From contig JBDLRP010000042.1 in NCBI GenBank assembly GCA_039799905.1, positions 1 to 64,000 on the forward strand: a stretch of 64,000 nucleotides of DNA, written 5' to 3'. Shown here piece after piece: positions 29,155 through 39,581 of the stretch. The notes under the pieces are model-generated. The model saw nothing but the letters and a program-made list of their open reading frames with translations. It had not been told where the DNA came from and searched no databases. The stretch is from Pseudomonadota bacterium. GTDB lineage: Bacteria; Bdellovibrionota_B; Oligoflexia; Silvanigrellales; Silvanigrellaceae. Every line of letters begins with the position of its first letter. Positions within the stretch are counted from its first letter, which is position 1. Position numbers and translations under genes: made by a program.

Positions 29155-29598
29155 ATGCGGGGAATTTTTAAAAATCGATTGGTACTTGCAACGGCAATTG
29201 CCCTCTTGAGCACGACGTTCGCGGGAAGCAGTCTGAGTGCTTCTGCCTTCTATGGCCTCGACTTAAATGATTTGCCACGCGATGGCGACGTGACGGTTCC
29301 CGGTGACTACCCCATTATGGTGCGTCGCAAAAGCTCGGTTCAATTGAGCGGGCTCAATGAGAACCTCACTTTGAACTTGGTGAATCCCAACTCACAGGCG
29401 GCAATCGTCCAGATCGCCGCACCCAATGAGAAGAAAATGCGCACATTGAGAATCCCATCCGGAGTGCCGACGCTCTACAACGCCAAAAACAGCAAGGAAG
29501 TGACCCTGCGCGTAGCCGATGGTGATGTCACCATCACGAGCATTCACCCGCTGAAGGTCCAACATCCAACCCAAAAGAATCAACCGGTGCAAAAGTAA
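29155..29598 (+). CDS. Secreted hypothetical protein
   Basis: G-rich RBS, signal peptide, beta-rich mature part; followed by a terminator. Confidence 0.72.
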   Translation: MRGIFKNRLVLATAIALLSTTFAGSSLSASAFYGLDLNDLPRDGDVTVPGDYPIMVRRKSSVQLSGLNENLTLNLVNPNSQAAIVQIAAPNEKKMRTLRIPSGVPTLYNAKNSKEVTLRVADGDVTITSIHPLKVQHPTQKNQPVQK

Positions 29599-29626
29599 CA
29601 GTCTTTGCATCGGTCGAGACGGTTCG

Positions 29627-29670
29627 ACAGGCGTCCGCACTCGCTTTGAGTCGGACGCCTGTTTTTTTTT
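29627..29670 (+). terminator. Rho-independent terminator
   Basis: ACAGGCGTCCG...CGGACGCCTGT stem followed by a T-tract. Confidence 0.85.
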
Positions 29671-29763
29671 GCAGTAAGGATTGATGAAGACCGCAGCTAT
29701 GACCAAACCTCATACGGCGGCAAAAACCCCGCTGTGAAAAACGTTCAGTCCCTGCAATAAATA

Positions 29764-30372
29764 CTACTTCTGACTTTCCTTCAGAAACTTCCTCAGACTC
29801 TTGAGGCTGTTTTTGTGGAGGTTTGAGAGTGCCAGATTGACCAAGGCAGCAGGAAGCAGACCACCTGGTTCCACATGCGACCAGAAGACAACTTTGGATT
29901 GTGATTGTGACTCCGGATAGACATCCCAGCTGCCAACCATCGACTCGATGCGCACGACACCCTCGATTGGCTGGAGGACATCATTTTTCTGGGTGAGTTT
30001 GGCATGGTAAATGCGATTCTTGTCGTCATACGTGGTCTCGGCCAAAAAAACAGCGTCACGATCTGAGACCGGCCACAGATTGTTGGTCCGCATATAGACA
30101 ACACCATCCTGCGGACGCGGACGTTCAATCACATAAGAATTTACGCAACCAAATACCCATTCTTTGCAGGTCTCTGCAGACACTATCACCGAAAAAACTT
30201 TTTCCGGTGGAGCGGAAATAATCGCCTCGCCCTTGGCCTCTTTGTATTTTGAGCCTTCGCGTGCACGGGTCCACACTTTAATGCCGTCAGAATCAACACC
30301 GAGTTCCCAGTCTGACGCCATTGCAGGCGACAGCATGCTCAAGCAAAGAAAGATCGACAGAGTTGCTCTCAT
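29764..30372 (-). CDS. Secreted START-domain (lipid-binding) protein
   Basis: Signal peptide; W....DGIKVWTR, WPVSDRD, G.VRI and EPGG.LP..LVN. Confidence 0.88.
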   Translation of the reverse strand: MRATLSIFLCLSMLSPAMASDWELGVDSDGIKVWTRAREGSKYKEAKGEAIISAPPEKVFSVIVSAETCKEWVFGCVNSYVIERPRPQDGVVYMRTNNLWPVSDRDAVFLAETTYDDKNRIYHAKLTQKNDVLQPIEGVVRIESMVGSWDVYPESQSQSKVVFWSHVEPGGLLPAALVNLALSNLHKNSLKSLRKFLKESQK

Positions 30373-32432
30373 GCCGCTGCACCTCCCAAAATTTGTCCTG
30401 ACTTTTCATCCGGGCTTTCCCTGCGCCGAAGAACGATAACACTGACGTCATCGGTCAATGAATTCTCATTGTCAGTGAACACACTCAGTTGCTGGGTGAT
30501 TCTATCAGTGACATCGCTCGCAGAGTTGCATTGTTTGAATATCATCGTCATCTCGCGCCTGCGCGAAGAACTCTTCTCCGTCTTGAGACGCTCGCGGGCC
30601 TCAAATAAGCCGTCGGTAAAAAGCATCAGGTAGTCGCCATGTGTAAGAATGTCTCTGTGCACGGAAAAGTCACCGGTCGCATTCCCCATCAGCGGGCCGG
30701 AACTGACAATCGAATCCAGGCGCATATCCTGCGCATGCCAAATGAGGGGAAATGGATGACCTGCATTCACCGAAACAACCTCGCCCGTTTCGGGATCGAA
30801 ACAAAGCAAACACATGCTCACCTGACGATTGCTGCGTGCTCCTGTCTTCCAGACCACCTCGTTGATATTGCGCGCCGTCGTAAGCAGTCGTTCCTCAGGA
30901 TCCACATCAGTTGAAGATTTGGCAAACTCTGATTCAAGAGATGCAACTGCGCCACAGATAACCCCCGTGAGCAAGGCAGAGGGAACACCGTGGCCAGTGA
31001 CATCGCCGATGTAGACGTAAACAAGCCCTGTGCGTTCATCCTGCGAATGCCAGAACCAGTCACCTCCGACACGTTCAGCAACCCGATAGTAGGTCGACAA
31101 TTCATATCCAACTGAATTCATACTGGGCGGAAGGAGTGTCGACTGAACCGCCACTGCAGCCGACATCTCGGCGTCCAAAACAGCCCGCTCGCGCGCGTTT
31201 TCAAGTGCAATTTGCTGCGCAGCCTCTTTTTCGAGTCGGATGGTGTTGATCTTGTCACCGAGTGCAAGCGACAAAAGGACGACCTCAACCGCTGAACCGA
31301 GCAACGGACCATTCAAGGACAAGAAGGTGTGGTTCAAAAGCCCGAACTGTCCGGCACAGAAAACAAGGCCTGCAACAATAATTGATACCCAAGCAAGAAG
31401 AAAGAGGCGTGCAGAGCGAACGCCCTTGCGGGCTTGTGGAATCGCACTGCTCATGACTAGAACGAGAGCTGCGACCTGGAAAGCAAACCCAATGGTGATG
31501 TGCCAGATGTTGAAGAGGAAGATCGACATCGAAAAGTGCACAACAAGAACCACACACAATGCACGCAGCAGTTTTGCGACCCGTGGATGGTTTTGTTCGA
31601 TTTGGAGAAACTGATAGGCAAACAGGACAGTGAACAGTAAACCAAGCGGCGCGCTGGCAGGGAGCTGCCGTTGAGCAAAAGTTGTCGCCTCGGGCCACAA
31701 AAAGAAATTGGTCGCACCCATGAGTCCAGCGAAACAAAAACCATGGAAGAAGACAATTGCACACACGTACCAGAGGTACACTGTTTCGCGGACTACAAAA
31801 AACAAACTCAAATTGTAGAGCGCCATCACGGCAATGACGCCAAAATACAACCCAAAGACGAGATATTCGAGCCTCTGGTGATGATTGAATTCGACTTCCG
31901 AGCGCAGCGTTGGCACGAATGACTGTTGCACACCCTGTGCAGAGACAAAAAACTCCGAAACTCTGCCGCTCCCCGCGGATAGCCGGAATGTCATATCACG
32001 GTCGGAAACACTTTCTTCAGAACCGGCAACAACCACACCCGAACGGCCCAATTCACGAAGCCGCCCGCCTTCTTTTTCATAGAACATCGCACGATCGATC
32101 AGCGGATTTCCCAAACTCAGAAACGCGCCTGATTTTCTTACGAGTTCGCTATCGACGCGTACTCGCATCCAATAGGTACCGTGCGCAAAACCTAAATTTG
32201 GTGCTCTTGAGGTAGACTGACGAAATTGGCTTCCTTGCGTGCTGACGATTTCGCCGGCAGTGATGGCCGAGGTCGGGTCGAAAAAATACTCAATGCAGGC
32301 ACCAATCTGTGCAGCCTCACCCGACCACGATTGAACGACTCCATCTCGGCAATCGAAATCGGCAAATGCCTCTCGGGCTGTTTGTACAAACAGCAACAAA
32401 AGCACGACAAGACATTTGACCCAAAAAGGCAT
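30369..32432 (-). CDS. 7TM-DISM sensor fused to PP2C/SpoIIE-type phosphatase
   Basis: PNLGF...YW (DISMED2), G...MALYNL, E..LLSLALGDKI; A..VQ..LLP, GGDW, GDVTGHG, FTDG and DDVS. Confidence 0.9.
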   Translation of the reverse strand: MPFWVKCLVVLLLLFVQTAREAFADFDCRDGVVQSWSGEAAQIGACIEYFFDPTSAITAGEIVSTQGSQFRQSTSRAPNLGFAHGTYWMRVRVDSELVRKSGAFLSLGNPLIDRAMFYEKEGGRLRELGRSGVVVAGSEESVSDRDMTFRLSAGSGRVSEFFVSAQGVQQSFVPTLRSEVEFNHHQRLEYLVFGLYFGVIAVMALYNLSLFFVVRETVYLWYVCAIVFFHGFCFAGLMGATNFFLWPEATTFAQRQLPASAPLGLLFTVLFAYQFLQIEQNHPRVAKLLRALCVVLVVHFSMSIFLFNIWHITIGFAFQVAALVLVMSSAIPQARKGVRSARLFLLAWVSIIVAGLVFCAGQFGLLNHTFLSLNGPLLGSAVEVVLLSLALGDKINTIRLEKEAAQQIALENARERAVLDAEMSAAVAVQSTLLPPSMNSVGYELSTYYRVAERVGGDWFWHSQDERTGLVYVYIGDVTGHGVPSALLTGVICGAVASLESEFAKSSTDVDPEERLLTTARNINEVVWKTGARSNRQVSMCLLCFDPETGEVVSVNAGHPFPLIWHAQDMRLDSIVSSGPLMGNATGDFSVHRDILTHGDYLMLFTDGLFEARERLKTEKSSSRRREMTMIFKQCNSASDVTDRITQQLSVFTDNENSLTDDVSVIVLRRRESPDEKSGQILGGAAA

Positions 32433-32742
32433 GAGAGTACCTCTACCTCAATCTTCCTGTATCGGTAGGAAACCCCTTGAATCAAAGAAAAAAAGAACCA
32501 AAAAACTGCATGGTAGGCAAAAAGAATTTCAGTCTCAGAGCCTAAGTTTGATCTTGCTGATTTATATAGGGATTAGTCTGTGGAAGCCGCTCTGAACGAT
32601 TGGCTCCGATTGCCGTCGCATTGCTATTCCGGGCAGCGTGAGCAGTATTTGCCCAGTGAGACTCTCGTCTGCTGGAAAGCTGGAGAACTTGAGCAAAGCG
32701 AAGGTTTAGGAATTAAGGCTGACCTAGAAATCAAATCTCACG

Positions 32743-33861
32743 TCACCGGTAGACCCTGATTTTATTCAGGTTGACCGTTGTAGAACGGATGAATCTGCTT
32801 GAACGGAAGGAAATTTCGACCGGCAAAACCAAACTGTCGAAACTCCGGTTCCCGAAGCCTGTTTCCTCAATCACCTGATTTTCGCCGTATCGAATGACCA
32901 CAAAATCTTTTTTTTCTTCCGTATCGATGAACATGTCGAATGAAATACTGCGACCAAGATCGCTCCCAAAGCGCGCAAGTTCAATAACTTGATCATTTTG
33001 GAACGGGCCAAATTTCATATCCGGGAGCGAGATTGTCTGCACGGGTGGAAGATCAGGCTGTGGACGATTTGCATCGTCACCAAGAAATTCGCCCAGCGGC
33101 GTATCGACAAGATAAGTCGCATAATTCCATGGAGTGCGACCGCCATCATGGATGCCGATAATTTTAAGTGAGCTGTCATCAAGGACTGTACTTCCGCTGT
33201 TGCCCGGTTCCGTATCGCACTGATGACTGAATTGATCGATCCCCCAACCTCCACGAGAGGATGTCTCCAAAATGCAATTTTGCGACCATTCAAGTGGCCT
33301 TCCTTGAGGATGCCCGAAAATTGTCAGGGCAGTTCCCAGTTTCGGTCTCAACTGCAATTCAAACTCAACTTTCTCGCTGGGAATTTTGTCGACCTGGAAA
33401 ATTGCATAATCGCGGTTGTCGTTGTGCTCCGCGGCGAGAACCTTCACACACTGTGATACAAGGTACGCTGATTTATCCCTGCGGTATCCCCAGTTCACTG
33501 AAACACCTTCGCACGACTTGGATGAACGCCGCGCGGGCGCTTCGAAACAATGACCTGCCGTAAGCACCAATCCATCGCCTATGTGGGTCGCGGTGCAGCC
33601 CATCGATATTTTCCCAAAGGCGTCGAGTAGACGTGCATATTTTTGAGGAATATTGCCGCCGTCGTTAAGCACAGGGATGAGATCGTTTTTGCCGATTATT
33701 TTCTCGGTGGAATCAGAAGCCAGAAAGGTGAGCGGGCCATTGCGACCTTGGGTTTTATTCACCCTCAAGCGTCCTTCCCCGCCTGCGCAGGCAAGCAGAA
33801 GAGTCGGAATGGAAACGACTAAAGCGGCTGAATTAAGAACTGAAGGACGACGAATACGCAT
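32743..33861 (-). CDS. Trypsin-like serine protease lipoprotein
   Basis: LLA-C lipobox; catalytic triad motifs LTAGHC, DYAIF and GNSGS; extra C-terminal beta domain. Confidence 0.88.
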   Translation of the reverse strand: MRIRRPSVLNSAALVVSIPTLLLACAGGEGRLRVNKTQGRNGPLTFLASDSTEKIIGKNDLIPVLNDGGNIPQKYARLLDAFGKISMGCTATHIGDGLVLTAGHCFEAPARRSSKSCEGVSVNWGYRRDKSAYLVSQCVKVLAAEHNDNRDYAIFQVDKIPSEKVEFELQLRPKLGTALTIFGHPQGRPLEWSQNCILETSSRGGWGIDQFSHQCDTEPGNSGSTVLDDSSLKIIGIHDGGRTPWNYATYLVDTPLGEFLGDDANRPQPDLPPVQTISLPDMKFGPFQNDQVIELARFGSDLGRSISFDMFIDTEEKKDFVVIRYGENQVIEETGFGNRSFDSLVLPVEISFRSSRFIRSTTVNLNKIRVYR

Positions 33862-33959
33862 GAATCCCCTCCGTGGGAGCATGTCGGGCGAACCCTGCCT
33901 GCAAATTTAAAAATGAATCGTTAATATCCGCCGCAAAGTACAAAATGAAATACAAACAA

Positions 33960-33985
33960 GCAAGCCGACCAACAGCTCGGCTTGC
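33960..33985 (-). terminator. Probable Rho-independent terminator of the cytochrome-like gene
   Basis: GCAAGCCGA-8-TCGGCTTGC stem followed on the minus strand by a T-rich run. Confidence 0.6.
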
Positions 33986-34037
33986 CGCAACAACTTAACA
34001 TCAAAAAGTACTTGAGATTTTGGGGTTGGTTTTGATT

Positions 34038-34451
34038 TTAATTAAAGTCGGTACTATTGGTCAAATAGTCGACGAGGTTCGCTTTGTCTGTGCTGTTCCA
34101 GTTGGCTTTGGGTGTTCCCTTGGGCATTGTTCCGGCGTTGATTCTAATCAGCATGCGGTCACGTTTGGCTTTGACACCCGCAAAGGTCGACAAATTTGGC
34201 GACACACTCCCCTCGTGACAACCTGACGAAGCACAGTTCGTTAAGATGACTGCTTTATAGGTCGCCGTGTATTGAGCACCGTCAGTGGTCGTGCCCGTGT
34301 TGGTGCCTCCGGTGCCCGTGTTTGTTCCACCGGTGCCTGGGTTGGTGCCGGTATCCGCACCGGTTCCGGTTCGGGTGGTACTCTCTGCTCCGCATGCTGC
34401 GATCACAAGAAAAAGTGCCGCAGAAATACAAAGAATATTTGCCGTTTTCAT
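34038..34451 (-). CDS. Lipoprotein with c-type cytochrome-like domain (CX4CH)
   Basis: IAA-C lipobox, Thr/Gly tether, CASSGCH and distal GTMPK. Confidence 0.7.
   Translation of the reverse strand: MKTANILCISAALFLVIAACGAESTTRTGTGADTGTNPGTGGTNTGTGGTNTGTTTDGAQYTATYKAVILTNCASSGCHEGSVSPNLSTFAGVKAKRDRMLIRINAGTMPKGTPKANWNSTDKANLVDYLTNSTDFN
34291..34349. repeat. Imperfect 21-bp tandem repeat (GGTNTGT-type linker)
   Basis: gtgcccgtgttggtgcctccg / gtgcccgtgtttgttccaccg / gtgcctgggttggtgcc. Confidence 0.6.
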
Positions 34452-34562
34452 TGTGTTCGTCTCCGCTAAAGAACAATTACCGATCGTCTAAAAAAATAAC
34501 ACGGCGCATAAGAAACGGAATGCGCCATGACCCAAACTTCTACACTGCAAAAGCAGCCGCAA

Positions 34563-35669
34563 TCACATTCGCCTTAGATGAGACAAAACACGTGATGCTT
34601 TCTCCCTAAACCATTCCGTGTCAGCTTTGCTGTCCATAAACTTGCCAACTGCCTCAAGCACCGTCTTTTCGCGGACGATCGTCTGGCAACTCAGTAGAAT
34701 GTCGCATCCTGCTGCCAATGCATCGCATGAAGCCAGCCTCAAAAATGAGTCATCCGAGACATCAACAGAATTCTGTCCTTCGTCGACGATCGCAGCGGTC
34801 ACCTTTTTAGCAACTCCGTAGAAGTCGGAGATCGCGTTCATGCGCAGGTCATCGGAAAGTATGAGGCCGTCGAAGCCCAATTCGCCGCGCAAATAGTTTT
34901 GCAGAATCAAAGGACTCAATGTTGCGGGCCGGCTTGGATCAAGCTCCTGACAGATGACGTGAGCGGTCATGATCATGGGAATCTTGGAGTGTTCAATCAG
35001 ATGCCTGAACGGCAGCCACTCACGCTCACGCAGCGTTGCCAACGTAACATCGGTGGTGGCAAAGCCTTTGTGGGAATCAGTTTCTGTGTGACCGTGTCCG
35101 GGAAAATGTTTGGCACAGCTGAACAAACCGGCGCGGTGAATTTCGTCACAAACAATTGCCGCGCAACGGGCAACAGTCACTGCATCCGACGAAAAAGACC
35201 GATCACCGATGGCGGGATTTTCAGGCCGTGTCAGCACATCGGCAACAGGTGCCAGCAGACAATTGATACCCAAGCCGCGTGCAGTGGCCGCCTGCAACAA
35301 GACTTGCGAGCGCAAATCGCCCTCGCGCTCGGACGCAGAAAAAGCAGCGGCCGGTTCGATACGCGGAAACGGCGCCGGCATTCTATACACTCGACCACCT
35401 TCTTCATCGATTGCAATTACAGCACCATTGGGCTGATGGTCGGCGCGTGTCAGCACACGGATACGGTCGCACAGATCCCGAGTCTGGGCGAGGGTTTTCA
35501 TACTGCGCCGAAAAAGCACGACACCACTGGGCTTATACAATTTTAAAAGAGATTCTTCTTCTTCCGTCAACTCTGCCGCGACCAAAGAAGGCCAAACAAA
35601 CAAACCGGCCCGCTGTTCAGCACTCAGCCGCCCGAGGAATGAATGTAATTCGCGAAGTTGCAGAGTCAT
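34563..35669 (-). CDS. nagZ: Beta-N-acetylhexosaminidase (GH3)
   Basis: AIDEEGGRV, APVAD, KHFPGHG..TDSH, MTAH and SDDL.M. Confidence 0.9.
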   Translation of the reverse strand: MTLQLRELHSFLGRLSAEQRAGLFVWPSLVAAELTEEEESLLKLYKPSGVVLFRRSMKTLAQTRDLCDRIRVLTRADHQPNGAVIAIDEEGGRVYRMPAPFPRIEPAAAFSASEREGDLRSQVLLQAATARGLGINCLLAPVADVLTRPENPAIGDRSFSSDAVTVARCAAIVCDEIHRAGLFSCAKHFPGHGHTETDSHKGFATTDVTLATLREREWLPFRHLIEHSKIPMIMTAHVICQELDPSRPATLSPLILQNYLRGELGFDGLILSDDLRMNAISDFYGVAKKVTAAIVDEGQNSVDVSDDSFLRLASCDALAAGCDILLSCQTIVREKTVLEAVGKFMDSKADTEWFREKASRVLSHLRRM

Positions 35670-35718
35670 GGCAGCCACCTTATTCTGTGTGTTCTCACCT
35701 TCAGCAGCAGAGGTTAAC

Positions 35719-37230
35719 ATGGCAGAATTGATTCTGGCTATTGATCAAGGCACTACTGGCTCCAGCGCAGCTTTCTTTTTGGCGGACTCTCTTGAAATGC
35801 TGGCACATCAGAAGGTTGAGTTTCCGCAGATATTCCCGCAGCCCGGCTGGGTTGAACACAATCCGGAAGACATCTGGCAGAGCGTACTCTCAGCGATTGA
35901 AAAGGGCTGGCAACAACTGCTCAGCAAGCACCCGCACGCGCGCAAACAAGACATCATTTCGATTGGTGTCACAAATCAGAGAGAAACCTGCCTCGGCTGG
36001 AACAGAAACACGGGCGAGACGGGAGGCAATGCATTGGTCTGGCAAGACAGGCGCACTGCAGACCGTTGTTTGGCTTTGCGCGAAAGTGCATGGAAAGAAA
36101 AGATCCACCAGCGCACCGGACTCGTCTGTGATCCTTATTTCAGCGGCACAAAGATGGAATGGCTGCTGAAAAACCGTCCGCAGCTGGCTCAGTGGAATCA
36201 TGCAGGAACATTGTGTCTGGGTACCATCGATTCATTCTTGGTCTACAAGCTCAGCGGCGGTGCGTCTTTCACGACCGATCCGACCAACGCCTCGCGCACG
36301 CTGCTCTTCAACCTTCAGACTGGTGATTGGGACGACGAACTCACAGCTCTATTTACGGTGAGCAAAAATTCGCTTGCCAAAATCGTTCCCAGCTGTGGTT
36401 CTTTCGGCAGCACAAAAAATCTTTCTGTTCTACCGGACAACATTCCTATTACGGGAATCTTGGGCGACCAGCAGTCCGCTCTGTTCGGACAAGGTTGCCT
36501 TGCCAGCGGCGAAGCGAAAATCACCTATGGAACCGGAGCATTTTTGCTGATGAACACAGGAGAAAAGGCGGTTCCAAGCCACTCCGGATTGCTGACAACC
36601 GTCGCGTTCGGGCATCCGGACGGACGGCTCAGCTACGCACTTGAGGGCGCCGCATTTATTGCTGGTGCTGCAGTGCAATACCTGCGCGATCAGTTCGGCT
36701 GGATCAGCAATGCAGGTGAAGTCGAACAGCTTGCCAATCGCGATCCACGCGACCCGAATGTTTTGTTTGTTCCGGCCCTTGCAGGACTCGGGGCCCCCTA
36801 CTGGAATCCCCACGCCAAGGGCGCGTTATTCGGCCTCTCGCGCGGAACAAGCAAATCTCAGGTCACCCGTGCGGTTCTTGAAAGCATTGCACTTCAAAAC
36901 GCGCAACTCTTAGAACTCATGCAAAAGGACTCTGGCCAGACGATTTCCAAGGTAGGTGTCGACGGTGGTGCTGCTCAAAATAACACACTCATGCAATTCC
37001 AGGCCGACTCGCTGCAAACCACACTCATCCGACCCACAAATTTCGAGACGACCGCACGCGGAGCGGCGGCTGCAGCTCTGTTGGGTCTTCGTCCAAAGAG
37101 CCAACTTCCTGAGCCCACACAAGACAAAGTCTTTCGGCCGCAGATGGCGCCGGACGAGGCGCATCGAATCAACCGAAAGTGGCAAGCAGCAGCACAGTGC
37201 CTGAATGAATTTCATCGCACGCAGAACTAA
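35719..37230 (+). CDS. glpK: Glycerol kinase
   Basis: AIDQGTTG, TNQRET, WQDRRT, TNASRT, GDQQSALFGQ, K.TYGTG and GLGAPYW. Confidence 0.95.
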   Translation: MAELILAIDQGTTGSSAAFFLADSLEMLAHQKVEFPQIFPQPGWVEHNPEDIWQSVLSAIEKGWQQLLSKHPHARKQDIISIGVTNQRETCLGWNRNTGETGGNALVWQDRRTADRCLALRESAWKEKIHQRTGLVCDPYFSGTKMEWLLKNRPQLAQWNHAGTLCLGTIDSFLVYKLSGGASFTTDPTNASRTLLFNLQTGDWDDELTALFTVSKNSLAKIVPSCGSFGSTKNLSVLPDNIPITGILGDQQSALFGQGCLASGEAKITYGTGAFLLMNTGEKAVPSHSGLLTTVAFGHPDGRLSYALEGAAFIAGAAVQYLRDQFGWISNAGEVEQLANRDPRDPNVLFVPALAGLGAPYWNPHAKGALFGLSRGTSKSQVTRAVLESIALQNAQLLELMQKDSGQTISKVGVDGGAAQNNTLMQFQADSLQTTLIRPTNFETTARGAAAAALLGLRPKSQLPEPTQDKVFRPQMAPDEAHRINRKWQAAAQCLNEFHRTQN

Positions 37231-37370
37231 TCTGCGTGCCGATTTCAATCTGTGCAGCGTTAAAATTCCCGCCTGAGGGATTGCTCTGGATTCATTCTTC
37301 CGAGCAATGATGATTTGAAATTTGTAAACAATCAGCGCATGCCGTAGCTCCCGCTCATGGCGGAGGGGCT

Positions 37371-39539
37371 ATGGAGGGACTGGCGGAATGTTTAAAAGGA
37401 AGAAGTTCGCTCATTTTTCTGATGATCTTCTTCACCGCCATGATGGTTGGATTGGCCGAACTGGGCGCCTTCTTGAGTTACGGGGGTCTCAGTTTCAGTG
37501 CCGTTTGGCCCCCCTGTGGATTGTTTTTTGCATCGTTGACCTTTACTCCTAATCTCAAAAAGAATGCGCCCTATTTTATTGCAGCTGCCGCCGCTGCAAA
37601 TATGGTGTCAGATTTTCTGATTCACAAATCAACGCTCGTTGTAACATTCAGCTTTATCGGGAGTAACACACTGAGCGCACTTTGCGCGGCAGTCGTTGCA
37701 AGGCGACTGCTCTCGGGAGCACAGTCGCTGAACCGCCTCAGAGACATGTTTATCTTTCTGGGATGCGGGCTGCTAATACAAGCGCCGATTGGAGCATCGT
37801 TTGGACTCTGGTTTCAGTCACTTTTCTGGAATCAGACGTCGAGTTGGCTCAAATGGGTTGCATGGTGGTCTTCAAATGCAATCGGGATCATTTGCTTCTC
37901 CATCATTTCTCTTTATGCCTTGCAGAAATTCAGCAACTTTCTTCTCATCCACAGAGAGCCGTCGGTCCAATTCAAGAATCACTGGATATCACTCAGCGGT
38001 AACCGTACTGAACTCATCCTATTGTGGAGCGTCTATCTTATTATCGTGCTGCTGGTGCAGTTCACCCTCATGCCGCCCTGGGGTATTTTTATAATAAACA
38101 TTCTGTATCTGATATGGTCATTCCGCTTCGGGGTGCTTCATTCGGCAATCGCACTGGCCGTCGGCTGTGTCTTCCGCCTTTATCACGGCGAAACGCATTG
38201 GGAATACATGTCTCCCTTTTCGGAAATCCTGCTCCTGAAGCCATTTCCAGCATCAGTTGATGTTCAAGTTGTCACCGTCGTTTCCATTCAACTTTTCATC
38301 ATTGAGCGTTCCTTTGTTGTGAATATTGCAAGCGCTCTTTTTACGGATCTGCACCTCAAGCAACGCGCACTGCTCGAGGCAGCAGAGTCGCGCGAGCGTC
38401 TGATGGCGCGCATGAGTCATGAAATCCGCACCCCTCTCAGTGGCGTCCTGGGATTGGTGGAGGCGTGGGCTATCTCAGAACGTTCTGAACAGCGTGCTCA
38501 TGAACTGCAACTGATTCTGAATTCGGGAGCTCAGCTCAAACGCGTTATTGATGATGTCCTCGACTTCTCGAAACTGACTGCGGGAAAATTGAAGATTTAC
38601 GCGACACGCTGCCAGCTGCGTGATCTTTTTTCGGAAATTATCTCTCTTCACTCCTCCGACGCCCAGCGTAAAGGACTCGACCTGAGTTTAAATATGTCGG
38701 ACTCAACCCATCAGGAAATACTGATTGATTCTGTCCGACTCAGGCAAATCGTCAACAATCTTCTCGCAAACGCAATCAAATTCACTCCACACGGAAGTGT
38801 GAAGGTCGACGTCGATGCAAGCCCTCCGACAGATCTGGAACTTCCGATTCTTCGTATCATGGTCGAGGACACCGGAATCGGCATTCCAGAAAACTCCATT
38901 TCATCTCTATTCCAACCATTCGAACAGGTTGGAAATGAAACAACGCGTGCTTTCGGAGGGACGGGTTTGGGTTTGGCGATCTGCAAAGAACTGACAGAAC
39001 TGTTGGGTGGTCACATTTCGGTTAAAAGTGCGCGCGGCGCGGGCAGCCGTTTTACAGTTGTTCTACCCTTTAAAATTTCTTCTGATGCCTCGCCCATGAT
39101 GGTTGAGAAGTACGCACAATTTCGCGAATTCAGCGCAGGCAGCTCGAAAAATACTCCTGCAGCACTGATCGTTGAAGACGACCCCGTCAACCAGCTTGTC
39201 TCACGAAGATTTCTTGAAGCCGAGGGATTCAGGGTGAAGGTCGTCGAGAGTGGAAGCCAAGCACTGGCAGAGTTGAAGGAGCATTCTGGGGAGTATTCGC
39301 TCGTATTGATGGACTACTTCATGCCAGGAATGGACGGCTGCGAAGTGACGCGCAAATTTCGCGCCTATGAGCATTCGCTGGGGGAAAACGCACATTTGCC
39401 AATCTTGGGACTGACAGCTTCCGTGTTGGAGATCGACCACCAGCGTTGCAGGCAGGCTGGCATGGATGACGTGTTACTCAAGCCTATTGAACGTGAGCAC
39501 TTGCGCGATGCACTAAAAAAAACCCCCATCTTGCGATGA
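37371..39539 (+). CDS. MASE1-domain hybrid sensor histidine kinase/response regulator
   Basis: WPP.G MASE1-like TM region; SHEIRTPL, N-box, DTGIG and GGTGLGL; receiver VEDD...MD..MP...KP. Confidence 0.92.
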   Translation: MEGLAECLKGRSSLIFLMIFFTAMMVGLAELGAFLSYGGLSFSAVWPPCGLFFASLTFTPNLKKNAPYFIAAAAAANMVSDFLIHKSTLVVTFSFIGSNTLSALCAAVVARRLLSGAQSLNRLRDMFIFLGCGLLIQAPIGASFGLWFQSLFWNQTSSWLKWVAWWSSNAIGIICFSIISLYALQKFSNFLLIHREPSVQFKNHWISLSGNRTELILLWSVYLIIVLLVQFTLMPPWGIFIINILYLIWSFRFGVLHSAIALAVGCVFRLYHGETHWEYMSPFSEILLLKPFPASVDVQVVTVVSIQLFIIERSFVVNIASALFTDLHLKQRALLEAAESRERLMARMSHEIRTPLSGVLGLVEAWAISERSEQRAHELQLILNSGAQLKRVIDDVLDFSKLTAGKLKIYATRCQLRDLFSEIISLHSSDAQRKGLDLSLNMSDSTHQEILIDSVRLRQIVNNLLANAIKFTPHGSVKVDVDASPPTDLELPILRIMVEDTGIGIPENSISSLFQPFEQVGNETTRAFGGTGLGLAICKELTELLGGHISVKSARGAGSRFTVVLPFKISSDASPMMVEKYAQFREFSAGSSKNTPAALIVEDDPVNQLVSRRFLEAEGFRVKVVESGSQALAELKEHSGEYSLVLMDYFMPGMDGCEVTRKFRAYEHSLGENAHLPILGLTASVLEIDHQRCRQAGMDDVLLKPIEREHLRDALKKTPILR

Positions 39540-39581
39540 GGGTCGTCGATACAAACATGTTTGTCACTTAAGACACAGTAA

